IMG/VR virus record: IMGVR_UViG_3300010400_000001
Location: 1 to 64,000 of that record
Length of the DNA stretch: 64,000 nucleotides
DNA from: a virus
Strand: one strand, 5' to 3'
The notes beneath the pieces are model-generated. The model was not told the DNA's origin and made no database searches. It saw only the letters and a list, made by a program, of their open reading frames with translations. A program made the translations under genes and the position numbers. Every line of letters begins with the position of its first letter. The first letter of the stretch is position 1. Positions 56,231 to 64,000 of this stretch are shown piece by piece.

Positions 56231-58336
56231 ATGCAGAAAGAGTTGTCCGGTGGGGTGACCCTCGTCCTCTCCATGATCGTCAAAAACGAGTCGAAGGTCA
56301 TCGACCGATGCCTCGACGCCGCGCTCCCCCTGGTCGATGCCTACGTCATCGTCGATACGGGCTCCGAAGACGACACTCGGCTACGGATTATCGAGGCCGG
56401 CAAGCGCCACGATCGCCCTGGCGGAGTCTTTTCCGACGACTGGAAGGACTTCGGGCACAACCGCTCGAGAGCCGCGGCCCTCACCAAGGAGTACGCGAAG
56501 CAAAAGGGCTTCGACCTCGGCCGGACGTACATGCTCCTCCTCGACGCCGACATGATACTTGGCTCGCAAAACCTCGACAGAAAGGAGCTCACGCTCCCGA
56601 GCTACGAACTCGAGCAGCGCGACGCCGTCCTCTCTTGGTTCAACATGCGACTCTGCCGCCTCGACCACGAGTGGCAAGCCGTCGGGGTCACGCACGAGTA
56701 CTGGAGGGCGATCCCCGATGCGCCGCCGGCGCGCCTTCGAAGCCTTTGGATCGAGGACCGCGGCGACGGCGGCGCGAAAGGGAACAAGGCCGAACGCGAC
56801 GTTCTTCTCCTTAGACAGGGCCTCAAGGACGAACCGCAGAACTTTCGCTACATGTTTTACCTCGCGCAGACGCTCTTCGACTGCGGCAGATTCGACGAGG
56901 CCATTCCTCTCTATGAGCAGCGCCGTACGTTCGGCGGCTTCGAAGAGGAGCGTTGGTATTCCCTCTACAAGATCGGCCTCTGCCACCTTCGAATGGCGAA
57001 TTCCCTGTCGCGGCCGCACCTGCCCACCGCTCCGGATAACCCCATCGCGCTCGGCACCGACGCGCTCCTTCGTGCCTATCAGGAGCGCCCACATCGCGCC
57101 GAGCCCCTCGTCGTCCTTGCGCAGCACTACCGTACGTGGAGCAAAAACCACATCGCGCTCATGTTCGCTCGGCAGGCGAAGAGGATCCCGATGCCGAGCG
57201 ACGCTCTCTTCGTGGAAAAGCCCGCGCACAGCTACCAGCCGCTCGAGGAGATCGCGATCACGGCCTACTATACGGGCGACAAGGAAGAGGGACGACGCGC
57301 TGCCGAGGATATTCTTGCCTCACGGGTCGACTTTGCAGTTCATGCGCAGGCCGCGCGATGCGTGAGCTTTTATGCGTCTCCGCTCAGCAGGTGCGCGCTT
57401 CGCATGGGCGTGTTTTCCGTGCCCTTGGCCGTCCGCGCCAAAGAGGACAAGTTTTTGGGACTCGAAGAGCCGAACACCACCGAGTACTTGGCCAAGAATC
57501 CGACGCTCGTGGAGCTCGACGGGGAAGTCTTCGTGCACGTGAGCCTCGTGAACTATCACCACGAACGAGGCGTCATCTTCGCTCCGAAAGATTCGGACCG
57601 CATCGTGCGCACGCGCGGAGTCGTCCTGTCTTGGGATCCGGAGACCAACGAGACGAAGAGCGCCGTCGAGCCCGCCTGGGAGATGCCCGACGGATGGAAG
57701 CCGGATGTCGCCGTGCGAGGGCTCGAAGATCAGCGCTGGGCCGTATGCAATGGCCGTGTGTGGTTCACGTCGACATGCTTTCACGTGACGGGCCAGCCCC
57801 AGGTCGTACTCGGGAGAACAGGCTTCGGCTTTAGTGGGATAACTCGACTTCTCGCGCTTAAGTACGAGCACGCCTTTTCGTGCGAGAAAAACTGGGTTCC
57901 TTTTTCCTGGAACGGCGGCCTCTACGTCATCTACAGCTACGACCCGGTGGTCGTGCTCGAGGTCGACACGGAGACGGGCGCGGCCACCGAAGTCTCTCGA
58001 AAGAAGAGCCCGCGCTCCGCGTCGTCGTTCCGCGGCGGCACGTCACCGATCAATACCCCATGGGGGATGCTGCTGACGATCATCCATGAGGTGGCGCACT
58101 TTCCTGATCGCCGCGTGTACATGCACCGGTTCGTGGAGCTCTCACTTGATTTCGAGATGCTGCGCTGTAGCAAGCTCTTCGTTTTCGAAACCGCTGGAGT
58201 CGAGTACGCGACCGGCATGCTTGCCAGGGCAAAGACTGACGCCGTGATCATCACGTACGGCTTCGACGAGCGCGAAGCGCGCTGGATGGAGATCGGCTGG
58301 GACGACATCTCCCGCCTTATGGAAGGACTCACATGA
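56231..58336 (+). CDS. GT2 glycosyltransferase, TPR and GH130-like beta-propeller fusion
   Basis: MIVKNE, VDTGS.D.T, FGHNR, LDAD, THEY; FYLAQT TPR; NPT, GLEDQR, EKNWVPF, RGG, Y.HRF. Confidence 0.9.
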   Translation: MQKELSGGVTLVLSMIVKNESKVIDRCLDAALPLVDAYVIVDTGSEDDTRLRIIEAGKRHDRPGGVFSDDWKDFGHNRSRAAALTKEYAKQKGFDLGRTYMLLLDADMILGSQNLDRKELTLPSYELEQRDAVLSWFNMRLCRLDHEWQAVGVTHEYWRAIPDAPPARLRSLWIEDRGDGGAKGNKAERDVLLLRQGLKDEPQNFRYMFYLAQTLFDCGRFDEAIPLYEQRRTFGGFEEERWYSLYKIGLCHLRMANSLSRPHLPTAPDNPIALGTDALLRAYQERPHRAEPLVVLAQHYRTWSKNHIALMFARQAKRIPMPSDALFVEKPAHSYQPLEEIAITAYYTGDKEEGRRAAEDILASRVDFAVHAQAARCVSFYASPLSRCALRMGVFSVPLAVRAKEDKFLGLEEPNTTEYLAKNPTLVELDGEVFVHVSLVNYHHERGVIFAPKDSDRIVRTRGVVLSWDPETNETKSAVEPAWEMPDGWKPDVAVRGLEDQRWAVCNGRVWFTSTCFHVTGQPQVVLGRTGFGFSGITRLLALKYEHAFSCEKNWVPFSWNGGLYVIYSYDPVVVLEVDTETGAATEVSRKKSPRSASSFRGGTSPINTPWGMLLTIIHEVAHFPDRRVYMHRFVELSLDFEMLRCSKLFVFETAGVEYATGMLARAKTDAVIITYGFDEREARWMEIGWDDISRLMEGLT

Positions 58337-58386
58337 TCTTCAACCCCGGAGGCTACCTCCTCCGCAAACCGAAAGAGCGACCATGA
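58333..58386 (+). CDS. 17-aa mini-ORF coupling the two GT2 genes
   Basis: MIFNPGGYLLRKPKERP with ATGA overlaps at both ends. Confidence 0.4.
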   Translation: MIFNPGGYLLRKPKERP

Positions 58387-59717
58387 AGCTAGGGATCCCG
58401 ACTCTCAATAACTACGCCGGCGTCAACGCACTCATCGCCTCTGCAGAGGCAGGCTCCGTGAGCCCCGAAAGCTACATCATCATCGACAACGGAGGGAGCT
58501 TTCCTCAGCAGTCGGAGTTCGGGACCAGGTGCAAGATCATCCGCAACGGGCGTAACCTCGGCGTCGCCGCGGCGTGGAACGAGCTCTTGAGAGGCTCGCC
58601 AGACGAGCCCGTTGTCATTTCGAATGACGACATCATCTTTGGCAAAGACACCTTTCGGATGCTACGGGACGCAGCCCTCGAGCACCCATTCGTCGGCGCC
58701 GCCGGCGGCTGGGCTCTCTTTGCGCAGAGCCCCGAGTGCACGAAGGCAGTCGGCTTCTACGACGAGAGGTTCTACCCGGCGTACTACGAGGATTGTGACT
58801 ACCTCCTTCGCATGAGGCGCGCGGGCGTTCCTATTTTCGATCTCGGATGGGCGGGAGCGACGCACCTCGGAGAAATCACGACCAAGACTGCGAGCGAGAG
58901 TGACCGCTCGCTGATTGCAGACGGGCGCGCAAGAAACTACTCGTACTTCGTCACCAAGTGGGGGTCGGATAGCCCGCGGTGGGGCGATCCTCACGTGTCG
59001 AACTTTCCCGAACCGTTCAATGGCCGGTTCCAAGGCCACTTCCCGAACGAAGCCGGAGACCCTCGACTCGAGCGCACGCACCTCTCTCCGATGCGCTACG
59101 ACGTCCTGAACTTCATCGCCGAGCTCACGGGCGCTACGCGCTACCTCGAGATCGGAGTCAGCGACGGGGACAACATGCGGCGCGTGAACATCGCAGAGAA
59201 GTGGGGCGTCGATCCGGTCCCGCAACCGAGCGGAGTTGCGGCCTGCTCGGTGTTCGTGCCGCGGACGAGCGACTTTTTCTTCCAGACCATGTCGGTCCGA
59301 GCCGGCAAGTTCGATCTAGTCTTCATCGACGGGGACCACCGAGCCGAGCAGGTCTACCGGGAAGTGCACTACGCTCTCCCGCTTCTATCTCCCCGCGGCG
59401 TCATCTGCCTTCACGACTGCAGCCCTCACACCGAAGCGATGCAGGAAGTTCCGCACCGGACGGGCTGGCAGTGGACCGGCGACGTGTGGAAGGCCGTGGC
59501 GCGCCTCCGATCCGAGGGACTCGACCTCCGAGTCATCCCATCGGACTTCGGGATCGGCTTTCTGGTCCCAACCGAGGAGCAAACGCCGCGGGTGACTCTA
59601 CCCGCCGAATGGGACCGGCTTCTCTGGCGCGATCTTGTCGCCGATCGAGAGAACCTCCTCGGCCTTCTCAGGCCCGGCGAGTGGCAGAGCGCGCTCCGGA
59701 CTTTGCTCGGCGCTTAG
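58383..59717 (+). CDS. GT2 glycosyltransferase fused to a class I SAM methyltransferase
   Basis: IIDNG, N.GVAAAWN, SNDD, GFYDERFYPAYYEDCD; YLEIGV, GVDP, FDLVFIDGDH, LHD. Confidence 0.9.
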   Translation: MKLGIPTLNNYAGVNALIASAEAGSVSPESYIIIDNGGSFPQQSEFGTRCKIIRNGRNLGVAAAWNELLRGSPDEPVVISNDDIIFGKDTFRMLRDAALEHPFVGAAGGWALFAQSPECTKAVGFYDERFYPAYYEDCDYLLRMRRAGVPIFDLGWAGATHLGEITTKTASESDRSLIADGRARNYSYFVTKWGSDSPRWGDPHVSNFPEPFNGRFQGHFPNEAGDPRLERTHLSPMRYDVLNFIAELTGATRYLEIGVSDGDNMRRVNIAEKWGVDPVPQPSGVAACSVFVPRTSDFFFQTMSVRAGKFDLVFIDGDHRAEQVYREVHYALPLLSPRGVICLHDCSPHTEAMQEVPHRTGWQWTGDVWKAVARLRSEGLDLRVIPSDFGIGFLVPTEEQTPRVTLPAEWDRLLWRDLVADRENLLGLLRPGEWQSALRTLLGA

Positions 59718-60036
59718 GCCTTTCGATCGGCCCGCACGGGCAGTCGGGCTTCTTCTCTTGTGCCTTGAGCCATTTGCGCGCGTAGCGCTCCGCCGCGCTC
59801 ATCGCCTGGTAGAGATCTTTGTACTCGCCGATGTACTCGTGCGCGTGGCTCGCGAGAACCTGGTGAACGCTGGCACCGGCCGCCGGCATTTCGAGCGCCA
59901 TGAGCCCCCACCTATCGTTACTTTCATTGACCGAACATCCGAGCCGACGGCTGCCGACATCGAGCATCGCCACAAAACCAACCTTCGTCTGCCAATTGAG
60001 CAGGTCTCGTCGTTTCGTCTGCTGTTTCTTCTTCAT
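59668..60036 (-). CDS. hypothetical protein
   Basis: GGAG SD; ATGA overlap with ASCH. Confidence 0.55.
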   Translation of the reverse strand: MKKKQQTKRRDLLNWQTKVGFVAMLDVGSRRLGCSVNESNDRWGLMALEMPAAGASVHQVLASHAHEYIGEYKDLYQAMSAAERYARKWLKAQEKKPDCPCGPIERPKRRAKSGARSATRRA

Positions 60037-60518
60037 TTGAGTAACTCCGGGTGCTCACACAGGGCGAGGACCCTCATCTCGTTCGGAAGCCTGGTGACCA
60101 CTTCCGTCGGGACCTTCCAGAAACTGAGCGACCCCCTGCAGGGAATGAACGGGGTCGGCATCGTGCCGCTCAAGACGAACGAGAACTGCCCGGCCATCTC
60201 CCACGGACTCTTCGGCGAGCCCGCGATGTTACGCGAGCAGTCCACTATCTTGGTGCACGCTACGATGCCGCCGCGGGGCACCTCGTCGCCCGGTAAATCG
60301 TAATCGAGCGCCTCGAGCGCGACCTTGAGCGAAGTCGGCGCGCTCTCCAGAAACTGGACGACTTCCTCTCGATGCTCGGGCTTGCCCTGGCTCGCGTGGA
60401 TGAGGAGCCAGCCGCGCTTTTTCGTGGACCACTTGCGATTCTCGATGGGCTTTAGGCCCCTCGTCACGAGCCACGCCCACCAGGGCGTGAGAGACAGGGC
60501 GCGCCACTCTACGCTCAT
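60033..60518 (-). CDS. ASCH-domain protein
   Basis: ALSL...WAWL...G.K.IENR.W...RG.LLIHAS, RGGIV, PCRGSL.FW. Confidence 0.85.
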   Translation of the reverse strand: MSVEWRALSLTPWWAWLVTRGLKPIENRKWSTKKRGWLLIHASQGKPEHREEVVQFLESAPTSLKVALEALDYDLPGDEVPRGGIVACTKIVDCSRNIAGSPKSPWEMAGQFSFVLSGTMPTPFIPCRGSLSFWKVPTEVVTRLPNEMRVLALCEHPELLK

Positions 60519-60769
60519 GACCGGGCGTCCTTCTTTGCCTTCGACGCGAGGAGCGCGGCGCGGAGAACGGCTCCCACTGGATCGAGACCAAACGCGATGA
60601 GCTCCGCTCCCGGCATTGCCGATTCGAGAACCATACGAGCGGCCTCTCGCCGGTGCTCATAGTCACGCAGGAAGGTCTCCGCCCGCTCGAATGCTTTTAG
60701 CACCTGCGTCTCGCGGCGCTCACGGCGCCTCTGCATGCTCGCTTTTCGCCGTCGCTTGTCCTTGCTCAT
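60515..60769 (-). CDS. hypothetical protein
   Basis: ATGA overlaps. Confidence 0.5.
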   Translation of the reverse strand: MSKDKRRRKASMQRRRERRETQVLKAFERAETFLRDYEHRREAARMVLESAMPGAELIAFGLDPVGAVLRAALLASKAKKDARS

Positions 60770-61020
60770 GCCGCCCCCGACGAGGCAGCGCAGACGAGCG
60801 AGACCACGTCAGCCGGGTATCGCTCGGGAGGCGCCCCTTCGTTCCACAAGACCCAGTGATCGCCCGTTGCGACGACGCATTCCGCGTGAAACTCGCCCGC
60901 CGTATTGGCTACGCCGTCGAGCACCTCGAGCACGCATCCGCTCTTCGCAAAAGCGCGAGCCGCTCGATCACGAAAACCCGCGATGTCCTGATGGCTCTTG
61001 AAGATGCCGAGGATGTACAT
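60766..61020 (-). CDS. hypothetical protein
   Basis: GAGG SD. Confidence 0.5.
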   Translation of the reverse strand: MYILGIFKSHQDIAGFRDRAARAFAKSGCVLEVLDGVANTAGEFHAECVVATGDHWVLWNEGAPPERYPADVVSLVCAASSGAA

Positions 61021-61023
61021 GGC

Positions 61024-61263
61024 CTACCTCGTGGCTCTGTACGCCGGGCAGAGCACATCGTGGGACTCGCCGCCCGAGAACGTGCCGCTGAGGCACAGGC
61101 ACCGATGATTGTTTCCGCGTGTGAGCCCCTCGAGCTCGTCCAGCTTGCGCATGAAGTGCGGATCCATTCGGTCCGTTACGCCGCGCTCGGCCTGCTGGCG
61201 CCGCCACGCATTGGCAACGTCGCACGCCAGGCGCTCGAGGACTTCGTTTTCGTACTTCGTCAT
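61024..61263 (-). CDS. small Cys/His protein
   Basis: AAGGGA SD; CLC...H..LCP. Confidence 0.55.
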   Translation of the reverse strand: MTKYENEVLERLACDVANAWRRQQAERGVTDRMDPHFMRKLDELEGLTRGNNHRCLCLSGTFSGGESHDVLCPAYRATR

Positions 61264-61436
61264 TCGTCCCTTTCTGCCAGCCTCAGCGCCTCGAGCTCAC
61301 GTACCCGCTCTTCCGTGATCTCGCAGTGACAGAGCTTCTGTTGCTGCCCGAGGCCCGTTTTCATCACGACGAGGCAGCCCTTCGCAGAGTGGTCCTCCGC
61401 CCTGTGCGAGCAATATGGACACTTAGGGCCGAACAA
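61260..61436 (-). CDS. small Cys/His protein
   Basis: CPYCSH..EDH...C...CHC; TTG start assumed. Confidence 0.45.
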   Translation of the reverse strand: MFGPKCPYCSHRAEDHSAKGCLVVMKTGLGQQQKLCHCEITEERVRELEALRLAERDE

Positions 61437-61446
61437 TTCTTCGCAC

Positions 61447-62319
61447 TCACCTTTCTGCCACGAAGACCGACACGCCGATTTTTCCCTCGGCATGCTTCTC
61501 GACCTTGAAGGCCCACGTTCGAGGCGGATCGCCGAAGGCCATCCGGCGGACGAGCCCGACGCGGAAGTCTTCGCTCTCCTTGAGAGAGAAGGCCTCGTCG
61601 CGAACCTTTTGAGGGATCTCCTGCGGCAGCGCCCTGCGAAAACCTGGCACGTCCGGTTTTTGCTTCGGGCCGAATTTCCCCATGAGCCGCTCCCATTCTG
61701 CGCCGCGCCGCGACATTTCTTCACTCGGCGAGCAGTTACCTCCGCTTCCGTAGCCAGCGAACGCGGCGGCTACGGCGCCCTTGGAAGCGCGGCGACCAAG
61801 GAAGACGCCGCACTGCTTGGCCTGCGAAACCAAAACCATCGTCGTCGCCCGGGCGCAGCGCTCGGTCGCCTCGAGCCCGAGCCCCGCGAGCCGCTGCCAC
61901 TCTTCCCGGGGAACGTTCTTCGATTCATGGTGCTGGCCGAGACACGTCGCGAGACCATCGTCCTGGGTCCAGATCGGATGCTTCTCGCCGGCGTGAATCC
62001 GGCGATCGAAGCGAGTCTCGTTGCCCTCGAGCACCGTATCGGCAAGAGCTATTTCGAACCTGGTCCAGCCTTGTCCGTTTGCGTACTCGGCGGCAGCGCC
62101 GTAGTTTGCCTGCACGATCATCTGTACTCGCTCGGCCCATTCTTCAGGACTTTCTCCTGGCGCCAGGAGATGCGGGATCGCCTCGGCGGCCCTGAAGAGA
62201 GCCGCGACGGCCGCGGTCTCCTTAGCGGTCGGCGCCCGAGGCTCTCCCGCGCTTGGGAGCGTAACCGCCAGCGCTCCAATGATTAGGCCTGCCAAAAAGA
62301 ATCGATGCGACAAATTCAT
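61447..62319 (-). CDS. secreted lysozyme/transglycosylase-like protein (tentative)
   Basis: Signal peptide; ETRF...CLGQ...AGYGSG parallels the SLT motifs ES.F/GLMQ/AYN.G. Confidence 0.55.
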   Translation of the reverse strand: MNLSHRFFLAGLIIGALAVTLPSAGEPRAPTAKETAAVAALFRAAEAIPHLLAPGESPEEWAERVQMIVQANYGAAAEYANGQGWTRFEIALADTVLEGNETRFDRRIHAGEKHPIWTQDDGLATCLGQHHESKNVPREEWQRLAGLGLEATERCARATTMVLVSQAKQCGVFLGRRASKGAVAAAFAGYGSGGNCSPSEEMSRRGAEWERLMGKFGPKQKPDVPGFRRALPQEIPQKVRDEAFSLKESEDFRVGLVRRMAFGDPPRTWAFKVEKHAEGKIGVSVFVAER

Positions 62320-62348
62320 GATCTTCTCCGGGTTTGGCTCTGCCTCTG

Positions 62349-62642
62349 TCAGAGCTTCACCCTTGTACCATTGCACAAGACACGGAGAAACGGCTCTCCG
62401 TTATAGGAAAGCTCGCTCCTATCGAGCGAGTGCGCCCGATACTGCTTTCCGCAGGCGACGCAAATCGATTCTGCAGAAGCGCGAATAAAACCTCGCTGCT
62501 CGTCGAGCCACTCCTGCTCATACCGATCGAGACAATCGGTGCACTCGTTGCCGTTCTCAAAGCGCGGCGGCACTCGTCCGCACGTGACGCAGAGCCCGGC
62601 AGCGCGCCGTGATGCTTGTTCAGGCGTGTCTCCTTCCATCAC
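62349..62642 (-). CDS. zinc-finger protein
   Basis: CVTCG, CTDC, CVACG...H...LCNG.RVKL. Confidence 0.6.
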   Translation of the reverse strand: MMEGDTPEQASRRAAGLCVTCGRVPPRFENGNECTDCLDRYEQEWLDEQRGFIRASAESICVACGKQYRAHSLDRSELSYNGEPFLRVLCNGTRVKL

Positions 62643-62887
62643 TTCACCGGAACGACTCGACGGACGTCGTTTCGTCGCTGAGCGATCCGCATCGCGACCT
62701 GCCCGAGCACCGTCGACGTGACAGAGAAGCCGGCAGAGAGCGGAGCGTAGGCCTTACTGACAGCCTCGCACTCTTCGACGGCGGCAGTGAGCCCGGCGAG
62801 GTACGCCTCGGCGAGTGCTCGCTCGACGGCTTCGTTACTGAAGTCCGCCTCAACGAGCTTGGTCACGATCTCCTCGAACCTATTCAC
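62639..62887 (-). CDS. hypothetical protein
   Basis: In the coupled minus-strand run. Confidence 0.5.
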   Translation of the reverse strand: MNRFEEIVTKLVEADFSNEAVERALAEAYLAGLTAAVEECEAVSKAYAPLSAGFSVTSTVLGQVAMRIAQRRNDVRRVVPVK

Positions 62888-63068
62888 GGCTCTTTTTGCG
62901 CGCCTGGATGAGGAGCGCATTGCCGATGGCGACGGCGTCCTCTTCAGTCAGAAAGGCAAGGCCGCTCGGCCCGCTCACACGGAGAGCGACCAGGCCTCGT
63001 TCGACGAGGTGTCCGGGCTCACTTCCGCCCACTTCGATTTCGTAGCCACCTGCAGTGATGAGCTTCAT
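62880..63068 (-). CDS. hypothetical protein
   Basis: AAGGA SD; ATGA overlap. Confidence 0.55.
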   Translation of the reverse strand: MKLITAGGYEIEVGGSEPGHLVERGLVALRVSGPSGLAFLTEEDAVAIGNALLIQARKKSRE

Positions 63069-63457
63069 TGGTTTTCTGTTCCTTTTTTGTCCAAGTACTG
63101 ACGAGGGACGACGAGCTCGATTGCGTCGAGCAGTGCCTCTGTCTCCTCAAGGGGCACTGCCGGGGTAGCCTCCACTCGGTACTCGTCCGCAATCCGACAA
63201 AGGAGCGCGTGCGCTCGCGCCAGGAGCGTCCATTCTGACTCCTTGACGTTCTTTCTCAGCCAGTCTTTCAGGCGCCGAAGCTCGGCTTGATTCTTTCTGA
63301 GGTTCGCAATCAGCACCGTCCTCCACGCTTGCGTCTCTTCAACCGAGAGATCGTCCTGGATCTGCTCGATCTCCGCGATGACACGCTCGCGCCGCACCAG
63401 AAACTCCTCGTGAGTCGCCGGCGGCTCGAATTCGACGACTTCGACTCGTTCGCTCAC
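63065..63457 (-). CDS. coiled-coil hypothetical protein
   Basis: GTGA overlap. Confidence 0.55.
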   Translation of the reverse strand: MSERVEVVEFEPPATHEEFLVRRERVIAEIEQIQDDLSVEETQAWRTVLIANLRKNQAELRRLKDWLRKNVKESEWTLLARAHALLCRIADEYRVEATPAVPLEETEALLDAIELVVPRQYLDKKGTENQ

Positions 63458-63768
63458 TTGGCTCTCGCCCTTCGGACGAGAGGAGCCCACGGCATCTCCT
63501 CGATTTTCCAGCGACTGCTGTCCTGTCCGTGGTTGTCGTCACAAATGTAGGACTCGTCCGAGATGAGCCTTGTTGCCGGCTCGTCGCAGCCCTCTTCTTC
63601 GCAGCGCGGCATGGCGTCCCGCCATGCATCGAGCTCAGCCGCCAGTCCCTCAATATGCTCAGCAAAGATCCGAGCGCGCGTCTCTTGTTCGTCTCTCTCC
63701 GCAATAAGGTCGTCGAGCTTTGCGAGGGCGCGCCTTCCCGCGGCGATTGCCGGTGACCGCTCCGTCAT
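63454..63768 (-). CDS. hypothetical protein with Cys motif
   Basis: GGAGG SD; CEEEGCDEPAT...ICDD.H. Confidence 0.55.
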   Translation of the reverse strand: MTERSPAIAAGRRALAKLDDLIAERDEQETRARIFAEHIEGLAAELDAWRDAMPRCEEEGCDEPATRLISDESYICDDNHGQDSSRWKIEEMPWAPLVRRARAK

Positions 63769-64000
63769 CGCTTCCTCCGCTTCGGCAACCACTGACCTCT
63801 CGCGACGGGCTTGACACAGCGCTCACAGCACCCGCACAACATACGCCTGCAGTAAATGCCGCACTGGCAGAACCGCTCGGCATGCTTCGGCTCGACTGGA
63901 CAGATGCGCTTCATGGCTCTTCCTTCGTTCGGTTCAGAATCCAAGCGCCCCATAACGCAAGCCCCAGGACAACCACGAGCTGGACAACTACCTGCCAGGC

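Overview
This is a GC-rich, gene-dense segment that reads as part of a large dsDNA bacterial virus or provirus. Myxobacterial-type lipoproteins suggest a Myxococcota (Polyangiales-like) host. I recognised no capsid, terminase or portal gene in the window. 1-13.1 kb (+): ATGA/GTGA-coupled small early-type ORFs, including a degenerate ComM/YifB ATPase, DUF1653, a SAM-lyase-like protein, an Rv2179c-type exoribonuclease, a PHM-like Cu monooxygenase and a Cys-rich lipoprotein. 13.1-17.3 kb: a dual-specificity phosphatase divergent from a 1249-aa tyrosine recombinase. 17.3-25.8 kb (-): two GT-B glycosyltransferases and GroES. 25.9-32 kb: DUF4031, a macrodomain, DUF2199, an XRE regulator and two paralogous kinase-like genes. 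32-40 kb: membrane-anchored muralytic enzymes and an amidase. 41.2-41.9 kb: a promoter, an attenuator-like leader, two tRNA-like RNAs with abnormal anticodon arms, and a Pth2-like gene whose ATG shares the A of the tRNA CCA. 43-55 kb (-): five G-X-T collagen-like fibre genes and two carbohydrate-active adhesins; a ~130-aa 'LAGAGDG' domain recurs in up to seven genes between 34.6 and 54.9 kb. 56-59.7 kb (+): two GT2 fusion enzymes. 59.7-64 kb (-): small ORFs including ASCH. The best candidates for undescribed systems are the tRNA-like/Pth2 module, the modular collagen-fibre and glycosylation system, and the giant recombinase. All functional calls come from motif recognition by eye, with no database searches.
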